Below are positions 11,001 to 24,841 of a stretch of DNA of 64,000 nucleotides, in pieces (the stretch's first letter is position 1; each line of letters begins with the position of its first letter). The stretch spans positions 18,848,001 through 18,912,000 of the forward strand of contig OZ116699.1 of assembly GCA_964199315.1 (NCBI GenBank), given 5' to 3'. The notes under the pieces are model-generated. The model was not told the DNA's origin. It saw only the letters and a list, made by a program, of their open reading frames with translations, and ran no database searches. Origin of the DNA: Orbicella franksi. Taxonomy: Eukaryota. A program made the translations under genes and the position numbers.

Positions 11001-13527
11001 AAAATCGTTTCCCGGGATCCTATCGTTGCCTTGAGTGAATGAACGATGACACCCCACTACCCCACGGGCTTACCCAAAATAGTAAATTTTTTGGACCAAA
11101 AAACTGAGTAACTCAGATTTTATTCCAACGTATTTAAGCTACCAAACGGTTCTAATGGCAGAACCTTCGGCTCAGATGTAGCGTCCACGAATATAGTGGA
11201 ATTCGATAAAATGACGACTGTAGCTAAACCAGCAAGAAGCATGCAGAGATGTTTTCAAAGAGGTAGTGAACATTACTGTTCTGGTATAGAACGTCCGATT
11301 ATGTCAGTTCTACAGTTTATATTTATCGGTTCTAATTATTTTTCAACCCAGTGCCTAACTTGGCAATCTCATTTATCCAGTTCTTTTCCACAAATGTTTC
11401 GATGATATCAAGACTCTTGACTTACCACCAGGATATGAAACCGATGCATCAGTGCACTTTGTACTACTTTACTATCCTAGATCTGATAGCATTTCTCTTT
11501 CTTTATTCTCCGATTACTTACCTACAACTCGTAGTGTATAAGTATGATTGATTGAGCCATAGGCGTTGGAAACTACACACGTGTATTTGCCCGAGTCCAG
11601 GGGTACCAAATCTTTAAGTTTTAGGTACCACATGTTTGTCTTAAGCCTCGGCTGTAATCGCCTGTGTATGGAAGGATCTCCGTCTTTTAACCACTGGAAT
11701 CTCAAAGGACTTGAGCCATTGGCTTTGCACTTTAGTCTAACAGTGTGACGTGCTGGCCACGCAATGAACGTTTGTTGCATTCTGATGGAGTCCACAAATC
11801 TGGGAGAAGCTGCACACGAAGAAAGTTGAATCAGGTGAAAATCAACTGTGTGAAGGACGGAATCACGGCGATGAAAGAAAACGTCGCCTACCGTGCAGAG
11901 TAACAGTTGCGAAAACATAAAATAATACACATTTATTATATGGCGGTGTCTCACAAGGACTGGGAACTACCGAATTCACGAATTTGATTGGCTGAAACCG
12001 ATATTGACCGCGGTCTAGATTTTCCCATCTAGACCGACATCTAGACCGGTTTCATTTTGCGTTGAAAAAGTAGCAAACTAAAATACAAAAATGTTCATCA
12101 TTTTCTTTTATTTAATTCTCAATCATTTATGGAAGTGCCAAAAAGCCTGAGGACAAAAAAAAAAGTAAAGAGGACGAGCAAATTTCGGCAGGTTTAAGTT
12201 AAGCTCATCGCCGTTCGCAAGCGAAATCTCAGCAAACCAGTTACGGATTAGAGTTTTCTTCTTTGCCATATAATAAACATCTTATTAATCGAGCTAAGTC
12301 GATCTGTATGGGAGAATCTTGACCTCGGTCGTGTGTACAGACCTCACTGCGTTCGGTCTGTACTCACGTCCTCGGTCAAGATTCTCCCATACAGACCTCC
12401 AGCTCGGTTAATAAGAGCTAACTAATAACTAGGAATTTGCCCCTCGTCCTCTGTCACTGTATGGTTACATCCCCTTTAACTAAGTCTGTCAGCACCGAAA
12501 ACGTAACGTAAAAGAAATGAGACAAAACAAAAGACAGAGTCGACGAACAACCAGAGCAATAGGAGCATTAGCAACGACGAGGGCAACGCCGAAGACGACG
12601 CCATGTCAAAAATTAAATTATATTTTACCAGCGAAATTCGCAACTATCTAGTTTAGTACGCCGATGGCTCTAAAAACGTCCTCAGGCTAAATATGCAATG
12701 ACAGCGTTCACTTCTAAATGGAAACACGAAAAATTAGCCGTCGTCGTTCGCGTTCCTCAGACTACGCAAACCTTAGTCATTTCACGTTCTTGATTTGCAG
12801 AGGACGGCAAAGAAATGTACAAAGATTTATGAGGCACGTGCACAGCTATTGTTTTGCTCATTAAGCCTTTTGTTTGGTGGCGATCTCGTTGCCGTCCTCG
12901 TCGCGGTTTGCTTAAGTTCCCTATGAGTGACTTACGAAAACGGGAGGTAGGCTTGGCAATACAACTTCGATTGTTATAGTTTGAAACTCCTTTCTAAATT
13001 TCAACCAGTTTGTCAGAAGCGGGAATTCTTTTTTTTCCACGACAGCTACTCTCTTATCTAATTTCCTAACGGCATGATTGATTCAATGACTGTGGGAATG
13101 TAACTGGGATTGGAGTGCCCCAAAACTGAAGTAAAGCAACGTAAAGCTTATCTCTCGAATGCACCTTCTCGTGCGTTGTACAATTCTGGGCGCTACACTC
13201 TGTTGATTATTCCGTCTACGACTGAAACGACATCGTGAAATGAGCAAATTTTGTATTATCTGGAGAACTGAACCGAGGCAGTAAATTTTCATTGACTTTA
13301 TTTCTCCGTGAACGCCGTTTCTCCATTTTAGCTGTCTACATTAAGATTAGCTGTTTGCGTTAAGATACAAACTGAGCTGTAATAGATTTCAAAGGCAGTG
13401 TAGGATAAGCAAGATATACAATATTTTTCCACTCCCTAATAACTAGACCAACCTTGAGCATCTCCAGAATTCGTGTTTGAAGAAGATGACGACGTTGTTG
13501 ACATGTAACTCATCGACGTAGAGCTCC
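7813..13527 (-). CDS. FGFRL1-like Ig-domain receptor gene B (leader exon not located): S/T-rich exon 13527-13453, Ig2 11809-11522, Ig3 10851-10477, stalk 8809-8729, TM plus short tail 8003-7813
   Basis: Five exons, all with phase-1 junctions and open frames. The terminal exon encodes TM IPLSVFIGVLSTWAVITTIALLWCHLY, similar to the gene A TM IPLAALIGVPIAVLILLIGTIVWCYFM, then stops. No kinase domain. Confidence 0.8.
8729..8809 (-). CDS. Gene B stalk exon (27 codons)
   Basis: Acceptor ...atattactgatcgacAG at 8811-8810 and donor GTAAGA at 8728. 81 nt, phase 1-1, open: ESLSDTTANPEKNYLAKHHNTESSLST. Confidence 0.68.
10477..10851 (-). CDS. Gene B exon: FGFR-type Ig3 domain
   Basis: Acceptor tttctctcttacacAG and donor GTAAGA at 10476. 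375 nt: EKSRSKPILKCGSPRNTSVQLGQNASMTC...DFGPYTCYVSNHLG. Confidence 0.88.
11522..11809 (-). CDS. Gene B exon: FGFR-type Ig2 domain
   Basis: Acceptor ctttcttcgtgtgcAG and donor GTAAGT at 11521. 288 nt: ASPRFVDSIRMQQTFIAWPARHTVRLKCKANGSSPLRFQWLKDG...DSGKYTCVVSNAYGSINHTYTLRVV. Confidence 0.88.
11955..12420. mobile_element. Non-autonomous repeat element ending in a long internal hairpin (MITE-like)
   Basis: 12280-12420 is an imperfect palindrome (ttattaatcgagct..ctgtatgggagaatcttgacc...ggtcaagattctcccatacag..agctcggttaataag). The architecture resembles 33581-33855. Confidence 0.6.
12560..12923. mobile_element. MITE with TAGG(G)AG..GCAACGACGA-type TIRs
   Basis: Starts taggagcattagcaacgacgagggcaacg and ends cgttgccgtcctcgtcgcggtttgcttaagttcccta. 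A second, inverted copy lies at 49578-49941. Confidence 0.75.
13453..13527 (-). CDS. Probable gene B Ser/Thr-rich exon upstream of Ig2
   Basis: Acceptor gtttctgttcttgatcttcAG and donor GTTGGT. 75 nt, phase 1-1, open: GSSTSMSYMSTTSSSSNTNSGDAQ. Confidence 0.55.
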
Positions 13528-16500
13528 CTGAAGATCAAGAACAGAAACCTATGAGTTGGCAATGCATACACATGCGACTATTTTCATGTTAACATCATAA
13601 TATAAATGAAAGCAATTCTCTTTTAAAGTGATTTGTTGATAGGTTGACAGACTAATACATGAAAATGGGGCCAATCTGTAACTTGGTTGCGGTGAAATGG
13701 ACGGTTTCGTTGGGAAATAGCTTGGTCGTTCATTTTAACTTTGTCCGCAAATAAATCAAAAAACGCTTCTGCTTAGATTTCTCTCCTAGTTTTAGATCAT
13801 CGCAGTTACGGTATTTAAGGCACTGGAGGTATACATTGAATAGGTAGGCATTCACTTTAACACTTTCATTGGAGTACGCGAAAGCCCAGAATACTGATTC
13901 AGAGAACGCAAACCTCTTTCAGATCACAGCCAAGTGAAAGGTTACAACCTTGGGCGGATGTCGTTATCTCCGTAACAATGGTCAGTCCCTGTATGTTCGT
14001 AAGACGTACCATAACGATTTCTGTTTGGTTAATTTGAATAGGGTACTAAAACGTACACTCAGGAACGGGCATATTACTCTGGCATGGTTTGGCGGGATTG
14101 CTCGTGTCATCTTTCTTACGACGCAAATGGACTTGGGAGCATTCGTGAATGGAGCTTTTACATGTAATTGAGAGTTGATTACACGGGAACAAAGGAGCTA
14201 TTGAAAAGAGGCTGGAAATTGATAAATAATGTGTCTGAGGATTTCAGTTGATAACAAGAGCTCTTTTGTATCCTGTCAAATGAACAGCCGGGTTTATAAC
14301 ATTCCCTGACGCAAGTTCTATTGAGTAAGGACCACGATTGAGTTGGGTCGCTTATAAGGTGTACGAAGAGCGAGATGTATCGTCTAGCAAATAAATCTAG
14401 ATAGGCTACATTTCTTAAGGGTTTTGCTTATTACAATAAAATTCGTGCAAATTTAGTGCCATCTCCCATTTTCAATCAACGGGATTTTTTACAGATTAAC
14501 TTTATTTCGCCGTCAGTCCCAAATAAAACGATTATGGACGTTCCCGAATGATACCATTAGAACCTGTATTATTTTTTCGTTTCACAGGAAGCAGTACTCA
14601 CTCCTATGTTACATCTGATATTTCTTATGAACTGCCACAATGTATCACTTTCGCTTCAAGGCATTAATTTTAGGTTATTTCGGGAAACAAGTGTTTCAAA
14701 TCTGAAACAACACAAGATAATACGAAGAAATGTTATCACTGCTAATGCGACATCTTGACGCTGGGAAACATAGATTAAAAGACTGATGCTGTACTCGGTC
14801 AAAATTTTTATGTTTGATAAAACTGGCCATGTCAGTTTCAGTCGCATTAACGGCTTGTTGGTGGAAACGTGTACCGCTTACATTGTTCCGCGACCAGTGA
14901 AGACTAGTCTTTCTCAAGTGAAGTGTAAAACTTTGCAAAAGGTCAGAAAATTGGTCAACATCTTTTTGAGAGTTACGTATTGCCACTTTAGTTCTGAACA
15001 ACTGTGTAATGCCTTATAAGGAATGAAACCTAAAAGTTAAACAGTGTTTCCATCATCGAGAAATACAAGTTCATCGCGAACTTTGACTGACGTACAATCT
15101 TTTGCACTGACAGAACTTTCCGGTATTTGGCAAACGGCTGGCAAGTCGCGTGCCATTATAGGAATAATTGTGTGGCAGGCACGTGTGAACATTACAAAGC
15201 GATCTCTTGATTTTCATGTCGTCGAACCGAAATTGTACACGAGATTGATTGTCGTCAAAGGATCATCCTCTTGTGGAAAACCACAGACTATTAAGCGGGC
15301 TGATTCTAGCAGTCGTCACGGCGTAAGTAACAAGCAGACTTAACATTTTTTTTGACACAGTGTTGATCTAACCGTTATTGTTTTGGTCGAAGACAGGCCT
15401 GAAGTTAATGTTGACAGGGTGTGCAAAACAATCCGGTTTGAAGTATCCTTTACGGAAATTAAAGGGCAAAGGACTTGGACAAATTAAGATCGTAGTGGGG
15501 TCGTTATATATGAGTGCATTTCTTCACTATTCTCAGCTGATGTCGTTTTCGTAGTTACAATTTGTAAGTTCAGGAATTCCAACATAGTACGAAACAGTTA
15601 AACAGGCTGCGATTTGGGAAAGGAAGCTGTCAGGTTTTGTTGAGAAAAATTTCACGCCCCTCATCATATGTTCCCCTGCTGATTCCAATCTAACATTTAT
15701 CCCTGACGTAGTTAATTTGGTTCTAGATCTTTCGTTCATCTCGTAAAGGGGCAGTATATCACAACGCCTTTGGTAAGCGCTGAAGAATTATAAAGAGATG
15801 AGAAAAAAAGCTAGTGAACCTCTTTTTCGCGCAGCAACTTATTCGATGATATTTATATTTGTTCTTCACCGATGGTCTGTTTCGGGCGTCGAATATAAAC
15901 TACTTTGGGCAAATGTTCTTGTTGCATGATGAGGATGAAAGCAAGACATGTTTTTTCCCTTTATGGTAAACATATTTTGACACTAAAAGAACAGCATGTT
16001 CCCACCAGGATAACAAAATACAGACCGTGAGATGGGAGGTGTGAGCACCTTTGCCGGGTACCGATCGTGCTCCTACGCCACCCGAATTACGGTAACATTG
16101 ACACTTTGTACCAGTGCCAGAAAAACAACTCATCACACCCGCGGTTCTATTCGCCGAGTACTTATTTTTTCGTTTGCAAAATATTTAAAGTAAAGGGAAG
16201 TTTTTCACCCATTGGCAGTTGAATCGCACGCACCTCCCTGGCGCAATAAGGACAGAAATTAGGAACATCCGCCTCATACTGAGAACCATCGCCCGAGGGA
16301 GGGTGTCTAAATATTATTACTTCTTTGATACTGTGATGCAGTTAGCGAAAGACAGAGTAAACACAAAGCAATCTAAATTATTTATTCTTGTCGTACCTGC
16401 CGCATCCGTCGTGATTTGCATCGCTAATGTACATGCAGCGAAAACGACTCTCCAATCAGCCCTTTGCCTCATGTTGTGCACCTCACCTTGATGGCAACTT

Positions 16501-17695
16501 TGCTGCCTTATCTTTACTCCAGCTCCGTAACGCGTTTATGTTTTTAAAGTTTTCTGCAGCTTGTTTGTATTAGAATTGACGCGCTGCAGCCAGAAGTGCG
16601 ACCAGATATCGTGCGGGCTGGCGCCAGACGGCGGAACCTTGATGTTTTATCAGGAAGGAAGTTATCTGTGTTACAAGCTCATTCCTTGGCACTGGAATGG
16701 TTAAGATCTCTCAACTTCCTAATGTTTGACAAGGCTTTCCTATTTTAGGTCACCTGAAGAGCGCCCATACAAGTACACGGTTTCTGAAAGGCCAGAAATG
16801 TTCGTTCCACGTATTGACGTAATCTTCCACAACCTGCAGGTTAAATACCGTTGGTCATATTTACAAACAGGGGATTCAAGGGGTAAACTGTTGAGATAAA
16901 TGAAATCTTGTGTTTAGTTTCCAGCTGTCTGCTTACCGTCTTGGCTAATTTCAAAGGTCTGTTATCTTGCTCAAAATAAGTTATTTCTCACGCGAGTGTT
17001 GTCATTGCCCTTGTGCTTACTGGGAAAATCAGGCTCGAGTTTTGCACCTGATTTTGTTGAAAACAACGAAACTGTTTTGTAATAGATCGCGTATTTGGAG
17101 GCCTGCTGGGAGAGGGTATTATTGCCCTAAGCCTAATTTGCGGATGTCTTATGCTTTCTACCTATCGTTTCAGGTAAACGGCTGGTAACTAGATCTTCAG
17201 ATATCACAGCGTCCAGTTCCGATGCAGACTAAATTTTAGCCTGTTGGGTGCGCAATCGATAAAGGAAACGTAGCTATCAGATCAGCTTAACTATCGACTG
17301 GAAGGGATTACTTTGTCCTGACGAAAGCAGGCGAAAGCTTTCAAGTGGACGAGTTTTCTAATGGATTCTTTCGTCGAAAAGAAACGGAAGAAGCAGTTGA
17401 ATTTCTGGACAATGACACGCACATTGCTGTGAGCAGCTTGAATTATCATCCTTGCTTACTCATCCCACTATTGTTTTATATAACTAAACAAAACCTGTAG
17501 GAAGCATTGTTAGGAGGCTTTCTTCTTCACTCAGTTAAATTACTTGACCTTCAATTTAGTCCTTAGCCCATGGTTGACCATGGATCATGACATTAAGGAA
17601 AAAAACGGGATGAACTCTTTTAAACATGCCCCAGTTTTAAGAGCGATTTTACATAAGGATACCAACAGACTTCCAACATCCCATTGACTCTGGAA

Positions 17696-17753
17696 CCTGG
17701 GGGGGGGGGGGGGTACTTTGGGAATTTCTGGGTGGGGATGTGCCGCTGGGACC

Positions 17754-17784
<31 letters not shown>

Positions 17785-17973
17785 CAGCTGAATTTTGCTA
17801 ACCTATACAAGAGTGAACTCCCCAAATCCCCCCATCTATCGACACTGTTGAGGCTGATTTGCGTAAATTTAAACTTGCCGATTTGATTTATATATATTTT
17901 TGAGTGGCACTTCCTGGTTTCCTTACTCTAGATAAAATCTTCAACCACCGGCCAGTTTTGTGAAAAATGATAT

Positions 17974-18012
<39 letters not shown>

Positions 18013-18100
18013 CCTAGAGTAAACTGCTTGAAAACCATACCCTTCACAGCGGCACATACCTATATAGCCCATATATGGCGGTACCTCCCCCCCCCCCGGG
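17696..18100. mobile_element. MITE-like element with CCTGGGG..CCCCGGG termini
   Basis: G-run/C-run termini. Shares the cacatacctatatagcccatata..gtacc subterminal motif with 3670-4070 and 58138-58483. ctctgga occurs on both flanks. Confidence 0.72.
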
Positions 18101-21100
18101 GCTCTGGACTTTGTGATAAGTTATTGAATCGTTTAGAGCCATCGACGTCATCTACTACTGACTACTTAAAACACTTGATATGATGCTATGTTTGACGGCA
18201 CTAAGGCTGTAACCTGACTGAGTTGTCTGAGCTTCAGTCTCTGTTCAATCTCCACCGTCGCTGCACATGATGTTTATAGACATCGCATTCCGTCATCTTT
18301 GATTTTTTTTTTTCCGGTCAATTTTGTTTCTTATCTGTTGCAATAGAAACCAAGACAAAACTAAGCATTGACATCCTGACACCAAGTGTATTTTTAGTTC
18401 TGTGTAAATCTGTAACGGCTGATGTGCAAGTTAAAAATGGAATCAGGACTCGCATGTGCGTATGTTCATTGTTATCAAGAAACATAAGCTTGATTTATGT
18501 GTGTCCGCAGAACACATCTTTCAAGAAAGATTTTGTAGTATTCGGAATTTGATATATGTGGTGTTTTTGATGCCAAATAAAATTACACTTTTCGTTCAAA
18601 TATGTTCGTCGCTTATGGAACTACGAAAAGATGTTTTTTCCGACAGAATTTTTAAGATTTTATAGACCTCGATCGTTCACGTGGAAATCGATACACAGTT
18701 AACAAACAAGCTGACAAGCTAGAGAAATCATGACGTACTTAACTCGAAAATATCGCGTTGCTGTTTGTTCTTTAAACATTTCATTGAACGACGTACTCCC
18801 ATTTCGTGAACTCTTCTGCCTACAGCTCAGTATGATATTTCAGGAAGTCCACAGAAGCAAACAGAATTGAATGTAAACGCAATTAAATTTGAGCTAATGG
18901 ATTACAGACTTGTGCTCTTCATTAACCTGTTGGATTTCCTGCCTTTTAAAACAACAACGTAAATTACACAATGTACACTTGTTAAGCTCATTAAAAAACA
19001 GAGTACCTCTAGAGTAAGCGGCTTTTGACTTAGTCTTATGCGCCGTTATTACTAACGTCAACAGAATAACGGGCAGGTAATCTTATAATTGATGGAGGGC
19101 ATCCGAGAAGGACTATGTTCTTAGTTACCTAAAATGGTAAATTTACCTCAGTTCAGTTGCATGATAAAAACGGCTGTTCACAGACATCAGGATCTAAAAG
19201 TAGTAAGCGATTGTTGATCGGTTCATGGAATTGACTCAAGAACTATGGTTAATATATCACGGATTGACTGATGCACAACCACCTAGAGGTGATCTTAAAC
19301 AAAAAGTAAAATGATGGTGTACAAAAAGATGCAATGTGAAGTAAAGGTAGCGTCAGAATCCTAGTAAATCCGCTGTCATTCTTTTCAGTCATTTTTGGCA
19401 TAAGCTCATTATGATCAAATTCCGTCGGCAAATTCTCTTTGTTAATTTTCTTTAATGCGCGTTAATTTGAACTTATTTGTCTTGCACTGGAGAACGCCAT
19501 TTTTCACTGATTTTTCATCTCAGCTTTGTTTCTTGTATCATGAGCTTCTACCTAGCTAAATCGTTGCTCCCAAAGTTTTGCGGCCGATGCCACGGTTGAG
19601 ATATCAAAAGGCACCCGACTCAATCCGACAAAATTTAAAATTTCCTTTAAAAGTTTACTTTTCATATTCTAGCGACATACGAAAACAGTTAAACCTCTAA
19701 ACTTAAAAGTTGCCTACAATGTAAAGAGTGGATTATGTAATCGAGGGAAAACAAAGCAGTAAATTTCAATTTAATGACCACCAAAATAGAAACCTTTTGT
19801 AAGCTTCTTTTGTCGCTTAGTTTCCTTGAGAGAATTGAATTGGATACCGAAGATTTTCCAGTTTGTATTGGAGTCTGTTCAGTGAAACATGGCTTGCTCT
19901 GTGCTGTTGAAAGGTATTTACCCAATACGCTAGTTTTAGACGACGATTGAAAGCACATTTTTGATGGCAGGGAATAACAAATCATGGCACGAGAGGAATG
20001 TCTTTTAAAACGCATTGGGCATGCGCAAGATAATCGACATGTTACCCCATTCTCGTTCCCAAATCTGCGCATCTGTTTATTAACGGAAGGAAGCCTGGGC
20101 ACTGGCATCGGGAACGGTTTGAAAGTTTTTGATAGTAGGCCACGTTGCGAAGTCCTTAGTGATAACTGCAGGCGCCCACTTTCCACTGGGAAGAATGACA
20201 TTACCACAATCCTATTTGACAATACCCAGACTGCGATCTAAAGTTGGCTGATCTGCTCACCGTTAGGTAATAAAAGTTAATTAAAATAAAAGTCTATTTC
20301 AAGCATGTAAATCAATAATTCAGTGCCAAATTGAACTCAATTTTTGTAGGATACAGTAATAAAAATTGGGTTTAAAAATTGAGTTTAAGAATTAAGTTTA
20401 AAAATTGAGTAAAACTGAGTTTAATTTGGCATTGAATTATTACTATTTACAACTTTTGAACTGTTTACCGTGCCACGCAGCAACTGATCCTTTTGGATTA
20501 CAAAAATTTATTTTTATCATGTCCCAGTTACTGACATATGAAATCTGCAGATACACATAACACTGATTTTTTGATGGATTTGTGTGATATTTTTAGCTGC
20601 GGTTAAGAAAAAGCCGCGAGTGCGCTCCTAGATCCTAGGTCGATTGACTGAGGATCGATGGACGGCCCTTGCGTAACCAATGAGATTACTACTTATCTAA
20701 TATTCAGTCAAGGTCAAAGTCAAACAACAGTTCACTGAAATCTTGCATGAGAAGCCAGGATAGTTCAGAAATGCCTGAATAGAGAATAAAACAGATATCT
20801 ACATGTTGTAGATACAAATATATGTCATACTTGTATTCAAGCTATATGACGTCGCGTTATTTTGCTGCTATCAGTACCGGAAGCTTGACATTAGTTATGA
20901 TCATCAGGCCGGACTGTCATACATTCCTTTTAATAGACGGTATGTCCTTGTTGAGGACTTTTTTTCCATTCTTGTCACCCGTTGGCTTGACAATCTATTG
21001 ATATTGTAAACGGAAGGACTGTTGTTGTTGTTGTACTAATAGATCTCAAATTTACTCAAGGGAGTAAAAACCAAGGTTAACTCTTGCACGAACTTTCCAT

Positions 21101-24100
21101 GAGTTTGATCGATCATATTACAATCAAGTTTAAAATCTACACCGATTTTTGCCATTTACTCCAAGTCTTGTGATCATCCTGTTAACCTTAGAAATTATCA
21201 GTGACAAAATTCGTCTTTATTTTGCCACTATTCCCATATACCTAATAAGTTCAAATTAACCCCGCAAAAAAAGAAAGCCTCACAAATTTCATCGAGTACA
21301 GCTGATCAGTGAACTACAAACGTCATATGGAGGTACAAGGCAACATTCATGACCTTTCATTTCAATTGTTTTTCACACTGGTGTTTCATCCACAGACTCA
21401 AATGTACGATCAACATTAATTGACTCAAGGTTTGAACTCTGAGTTGAAAGCAGCCGACCACGGATTTCCGTAGGTTTACGTCGTCAAACAGCGCAGAATA
21501 AACCACTTGACTGAGATTTTGCAACACTCAAGAAAACTTGCAGATTTCACGTGTCCTTGTCTGACAATTTACGGCGATCTCGAACTTTCCTCTTACCAGT
21601 TGTTCCAATATCTACACATCCTACGCGCTATTGTCGCGGGCTATTGTCATGAGGATAAGCGGAACAACACTACCTCGCGTAGCTTCTACTTACTAGTAAG
21701 CTCAGTTACCGCTTAAATTTGATACCAATAAAGAAATTAAGCCCAAATGCAGTGCAGCCTTTGTATAGTCCAAACCATACCCTGGGAACAGCAGTTGGAA
21801 ACATTTCCACCTCTGAAAAAGTCAAGACATGGAACTTACCGGTTAACTTTAGTGGAACGGTTCCGCAAACTGGTGACGCCAAATCTGTCACTGCATCTAG
21901 TAAAAGGCCAAAGGGAGCTTTTATAGCCTTTGTGCCAGATATATACTGATCTGTTGGCCAGATAGAACATACAGCTCAGCTTAAAAGATTTGTCAACAGA
22001 TATAACATAGGGTAAATATGTAAGTTTCCACAAATATTTAGCTAGATAGCGGAAACGTAGGACTGAAAGATTACAGGCTATCACGTACGTACGCATGCAA
22101 GAAACGCTGGCGATTCAGGCATGTGAAGATCTCTTCAGAAATTCTGTTTGTATAACGAATAGAGAAAACAATGCATCTGCAAACGTTTCGAATAAAGCCC
22201 ACTACGTTTGAGAAATAACTGATCGCTTATTGTTTTGCGTGATCCATGTGCTTGTTGCTGTAATTATCACCCCAGTGGTGGTAGCTAAGCAGGATATGGA
22301 TACGTTTTAAGATTTCCGTAAATCATCAGCAACTCACTGTTAAATATGTAAAGTGTTTGTAATGGGGATTAGGTCTGTTCTTATTCTTGTGCACATGAAA
22401 GGTCTTTACTTCGATTATTCCTCATGAACAGCACGAACTGGTGAAAATGTAGTTGTGTGTTTGCTGTAGTTTGGGAAACAGAACTCTTTTTTCGGATCTT
22501 GTAGAAAGGAACATTTTTACCATCGCTGTCATGCTTGTTAGGTTAAAAACGAAGAGATTTTGCGTTGAGTGCGTTCTTGCTGAAACGAATGCTTCAGGTC
22601 CACATTAGCAATGCCCATGAGTAGCTGCATGTTCAGTTGTGTGGTCTTTTTTTCTTGCTGTGCGGTTCGTTTTTCAAACCTCAAACGGAAGGAGAATCTT
22701 CATGGAAGCCAAAACACTAACGAAGATCAATATTCTCTTGTGCAAGCTAGATTAAGCCTTTAAGTCCTAAGTGTGATCAGCATTGTGTTTCTCCCATTAA
22801 TATCGATGCATGGACATACTTGTACAGTTTTGTGAGCATCAAGGAAATCATTACAATGAAAAGTTACCTGGGCTCTTTCTTAACGGCGAATCCTTGTTAC
22901 TGGTATAGTACGAAATGTTCTCTTATCCCTAAGGAGAATTTCAATGTTGATATCGGGGTTCGAGGGGTTAATTACGAACAAAATGCTTTACAATTTATTT
23001 GTCTCAATAAAAACAACAAAAGACGGCTTACGCTTAGCCAAACCAGATCAATTAAGGCTGTCTTATGTTCTCAGCAGCCCATCACATACGGCTCCTGACG
23101 GTCTCCACTTTGGTGTTTTTACTTCTGATAGACTGGTATAATCCCTACCAAATATTCAAGTACCACTTGGCCTCACGTTCGGTATGACTGGATTTTGAAA
23201 TCTACAAATTCGCACTGAAGAGGAGCCATAACTTCCACTCGAAGCTTAATAGACATTCCCAGGGTCCTGTGTAATCGTTGTATTTGTGAAAAACAAAACA
23301 GCAACAGCAACAACACATACGAGAATTTGTCTTACACTCTCCGAATTTTCATTCGAGGTAGGAGACCAATCAGATTAAGAGTTTCCAGACCCTGAGGATC
23401 ACCCAATCATAGCATTTATATTATCAGCGTAGCATCTTTTGAAAGGGTTTTCACTACATAGTTCTAGAGTTCCGTTCAGTTTATTTCCGACTGTATATAA
23501 TGTTCAAACCTGCAATAAGAAGGTCTGAATTGGATCCTAATCGGTCTTGTTGCGAGTTATTGTTGAAAGAGATCGTGAATGGGATCCTGGCTCAGCTAGC
23601 AGTTAGACTCATCGCTTTATCGTACGTTCCCGTTAAAAGACGTGCCCACTTTCAGGCCCAAAAGGCAAAATCATGACAAAATCCATACTCCTACTTCAGA
23701 CTAAATAAAGAAGCTCAAACCCGCGCTATTAATTTGACGTGGTAATCAGACCTTTTTAGTTTGCATCATGGGAGGGAAATATTTATCCGAGCTACCTTAA
23801 CTTTTCGAAAAATTTTAAATTTAAAAGGTGGCTCTGAACACCACGTACAGATTTTTTAAACTGTGCCAAAAGTTGCGTCTTCATTGTCCTGCTAATTAAA
23901 ATTAGGGATGTTTTAGCAGGCCTTGATGTTGCTGTGGTAACCTATTGAGTCACGGAAATGATAACGACACCCCTTTAATTGGGCAGTCTTTGTGGCATCA
24001 ACTGAGAAAAGAGTCGTTAGATGACCCATCAAAATCTTAAGTCTTGGAAAAAATGAGCAAGCGCGACAGCGAGGAGACTGGAGAAGAGACCTCCATCTTT

Positions 24101-24481
24101 GGCACCAATCCCCACACGATCGCGCTCTCCCTGTCTTACCTTAGCTCTAAACTGTAGTGGTAAAAAGAAGCCGAAAAATTATCCAAATTATTGGCTTAAA
24201 TTTTTATTTTCTCTGTCATAAACCACCTCCATTCCATCTCAAGTTTTAACTTGACTCCTGATCAGTTCTTGACGTGCTTTCTGTTTGCTTAGGGATTGAA
24301 AATAAAGATAAGATTAACTTATTTTCTCTTCCAGTTGACGACTTGTCACGTTATAAAGAGCAGGTACCATTAGTGATTTAAGAAATAAAACCTTTTAGGC
24401 TATCTTTACAAAACGAGGAGGTCGCCTTATTGGCATTGTTGCTGTCAGTAAGAGGGTTCTCGTTACTCTAGCACTCACATA

Positions 24482-24841
24482 GGGCTGCCACAGATCAGGA
24501 AAATTGGTCGGGAAAAAAATTGTCAAGGTCAGGCAAAAATCAAGGAATTTTATTTTGAGTCAGGGAAAATTGAAATAGTTTAACACGGCTGATTTGCTGC
24601 TATTGAGAGCTGGAGGAAACATGTGAGGTCACTGTGATCTCAACGATGTGTTTCCCAGATAGACAAGGAAAATTTGTTAAAAACTTATCAGTTTGACATG
24701 AATGGGTGGAGATGACGGCTGCAAGGGGAAGCTTGAGGACGCTACTATATGTGACTTTTTGTATTCATTTAGTCAGGGAAAAGTTATTTTTATCAGAGAA
24801 TATTCACGGAATTTTGAAAAGTGATGCCTGAGGCTACCATG
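24482..24841. mobile_element. Degenerate MITE with (C)AGGG.TGCCAC / G.GGC.ACCATG-like termini
   Basis: Starts catagggctgccac, carries repeated gtcagggaaaa subterminal motifs, and ends gaggctaccatg. Confidence 0.45.

Noticed and set aside
16200-16290. Signal-peptide-like frame MVLSMRRMFLISVLIAPGRC as gene B leader
   Set aside because: The available GT donors are phase 0 or 2, incompatible with the phase-1 acceptors downstream.
19689-20222. 177-aa minus-strand ORF
   Set aside because: No recognisable domain, TTG start, no convincing splice context; treated as unassigned or spurious.
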